DNA of 45,556 nt. It comes from an uncultured Pseudobdellovibrionaceae bacterium. GTDB lineage: Bacteria; Bdellovibrionota; Bdellovibrionia; Bdellovibrionales; JAMPXM01. Position numbers and translations under genes: made by a program. Positions 44,343 to 45,556 of the stretch are shown here, piece by piece. The stretch's first letter is position 1; each line of letters begins with the position of its first letter. Under the pieces are notes generated by a model. That model did no database searches, was not told the origin of the DNA, and saw only the letters and a program-made list of their open reading frames with translations. The stretch is taken from contig CAKQVW010000001.1 in NCBI GenBank assembly GCA_934277865.1, forward strand, positions 1 through 45,556. Reading direction: 5' to 3'.

Positions 44343-45556
44343 TGTGATCAAACAAACCTATGGCGATTACGAACCAGTTATTGGGATCGAGATCCACGCG
44401 CAGCTCAGTACGAAGTCGAAGATGTTCTGCTACAGCTCGACCGAGTTCGGACATGGTGACAATGAAAATATCTGTGCGGTTTGCACGGCCATGCCAGGGG
44501 CCTTGCCGGTCGTGAATAAAAAGGCTGTCGAGTTTTCGGTGAAGATGGGTCTCGCGCTGGGTTGCGAAATTCGCAAACGAAGCGTGTTCTCTCGGAAGCA
44601 GTACTTTTATCCGGATCTGCCAAAGGGATATCAGATCTCGCAGTTCGACCTCCCGATCTGCGAACATGGCAAAGTTGAATATCTTTTGGACGGTGTGAAG
44701 AAGACGGTTTCCATCACGCGGGCGCATATGGAAGAAGATGCGGGCAAATCCACGCACCACGGTGAATACTCGCTCATCAACTTGAACCGCGCCGGCACGC
44801 CGCTCTTGGAAATCGTTTCGGGTCCTGACATTCGCAGCCCAGGTGAGGCGGCGGAGTATGCTCGCACGGTCCACAAGATCCTTCGTTACCTCGATGTTTG
44901 TGATGGAAACTTGGAAGAGGGCTCGTTCCGCTGCGACTGCAACGTCAGCGTTAGGAAAAAGGGCGAAAAAGAATTCCGCACTCGCGTCGAAATCAAGAAT
45001 ATCAACTCGTTCCGCTTTGTGGAAAAAGCGGTGGAGTACGAGATTCTTCGCCAGATTGACTGTTACGAAACGGGCGAGAAGATTCATCAAGAAACTCGAC
45101 TTTACGATCCCGACAAAAACCGCACGTTCACGATGCGCTCGAAAGAAGAGGCGCACGACTATCGTTACTTCCCAGATCCTGATCTTTTGCCGGTCGAGCT
45201 GGAAGACGGTTTCATTGCGGGAATTCGTGCGTCACTTCCGGAGCTTCCGCTGAAGCGCGCCGAGCGCTTTCAGCAAGAGTACAAGATTCCGGAATACGAT
45301 TCGATGGTTCTCACGCAAGAGCGCGAAGTCGCAGACTTCTACGAGTCGGTCGTCAAAGCCTCGGGCGGAAACGGCAAGGCCGCATCGAACTGGGTGATGA
45401 CGGACCTCATGCGTGAACTCAACGATTCAAAAAAGACGGTTCAGCAGAGTCCAATCTCGGCCGAGAATCTTGGTAAGATGATTGCGCTGATCGACAAAGG
45501 GACGATTTCGGGGAAAATCGCAAAAACGGTTTTCTCAGAAATGTGGTCCTCAGGAA
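44332..45556 (+). CDS. gatB: Asp-tRNA(Asn)/Glu-tRNA(Gln) amidotransferase subunit B (3'-truncated by the window edge)
   Basis: Absent from the ORF track because no stop is reached. My hand translation from ATG 44332 (GGAGG SD, 11-nt overlap with gatA) reads MSSDVIKQTYGDYEPVIGIEIHAQLSTKSKMFC...CAVCTAMPGALPVVNKKAVE, the canonical GatB N-terminus. The frame stays open to 45556. Confidence 0.9.
   Translation, partial: MSSDVIKQTYGDYEPVIGIEIHAQLSTKSKMFCYSSTEFGHGDNENICAVCTAMPGALPVVNKKAVEFSVKMGLALGCEIRKRSVFSRKQYFYPDLPKGYQISQFDLPICEHGKVEYLLDGVKKTVSITRAHMEEDAGKSTHHGEYSLINLNRAGTPLLEIVSGPDIRSPGEAAEYARTVHKILRYLDVCDGNLEEGSFRCDCNVSVRKKGEKEFRTRVEIKNINSFRFVEKAVEYEILRQIDCYETGEKIHQETRLYDPDKNRTFTMRSKEEAHDYRYFPDPDLLPVELEDGFIAGIRASLPELPLKRAERFQQEYKIPEYDSMVLTQEREVADFYESVVKASGGNGKAASNWVMTDLMRELNDSKKTVQQSPISAENLGKMIALIDKGTISGKIAKTVFSEMWSSG

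Noticed and set aside
44335-45156. 273-aa minus-strand ORF, the only long ORF the track lists in the last 1.2 kb.
   Set aside because: It is the antisense shadow of gatB. The plus-strand frame from ATG 44332 reads as canonical GatB and stays open to the window end; it is missing from the track only because no stop is reached.

Overview
This is a densely coding 45.6-kb chromosomal segment, most likely from a Bdellovibrio-like predatory bacterium (Bdellovibrionota). That assignment is an inference from gene content, chiefly a Bd0055/HBb-type histone gene. All functional calls come from motifs read by eye in the supplied translations; I ran no searches or calculations. Start codons were chosen manually from SD spacing and N-terminal plausibility.

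Gene order:
- A secreted GH3 hexosaminidase-like enzyme, an OMP-like protein and mfd on the minus strand.
- A nuo operon on the plus strand holding only the seven membrane-arm genes (nuoA-H-J-K-L-M-N); nuoB/C/D/E/F/G/I are absent.
- An accessory-looking enzyme island of about 10.8 kb (14.0-24.8 kb). It holds a Cys-less thioredoxin-fold protein, a NodU/CmcH carbamoyltransferase with small DUF5989-like and SxtJ-like membrane proteins, an SGNH-like hydrolase with a large helical insert, a NifS/IscS-type cysteine desulfurase, three radical-SAM enzymes that each carry an extra N-terminal Cys cluster, and a patatin-like lipase.
- An HTH/coiled-coil protein and a secreted hypothetical protein.
- A long minus-strand housekeeping run: hemW, grpE, a class-B J-protein, a TPR+PBP-fold lipoprotein, two DksA/TraR paralogs (one zinc finger, one Cys-depleted) and lon.
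- A fused double M16 peptidase, a hypothetical protein and tatB-tatC.
- A stand-alone 64-aa histone-fold gene, then ligA and gatC-gatA-gatB (gatB runs off the 3' end).

I saw no rRNA, tRNA, CRISPR array, transposase or integrase. The top leads are the bacterial histone gene (39996-40190) and the uncharacterised radical-SAM / desulfurase / carbamoyltransferase island.
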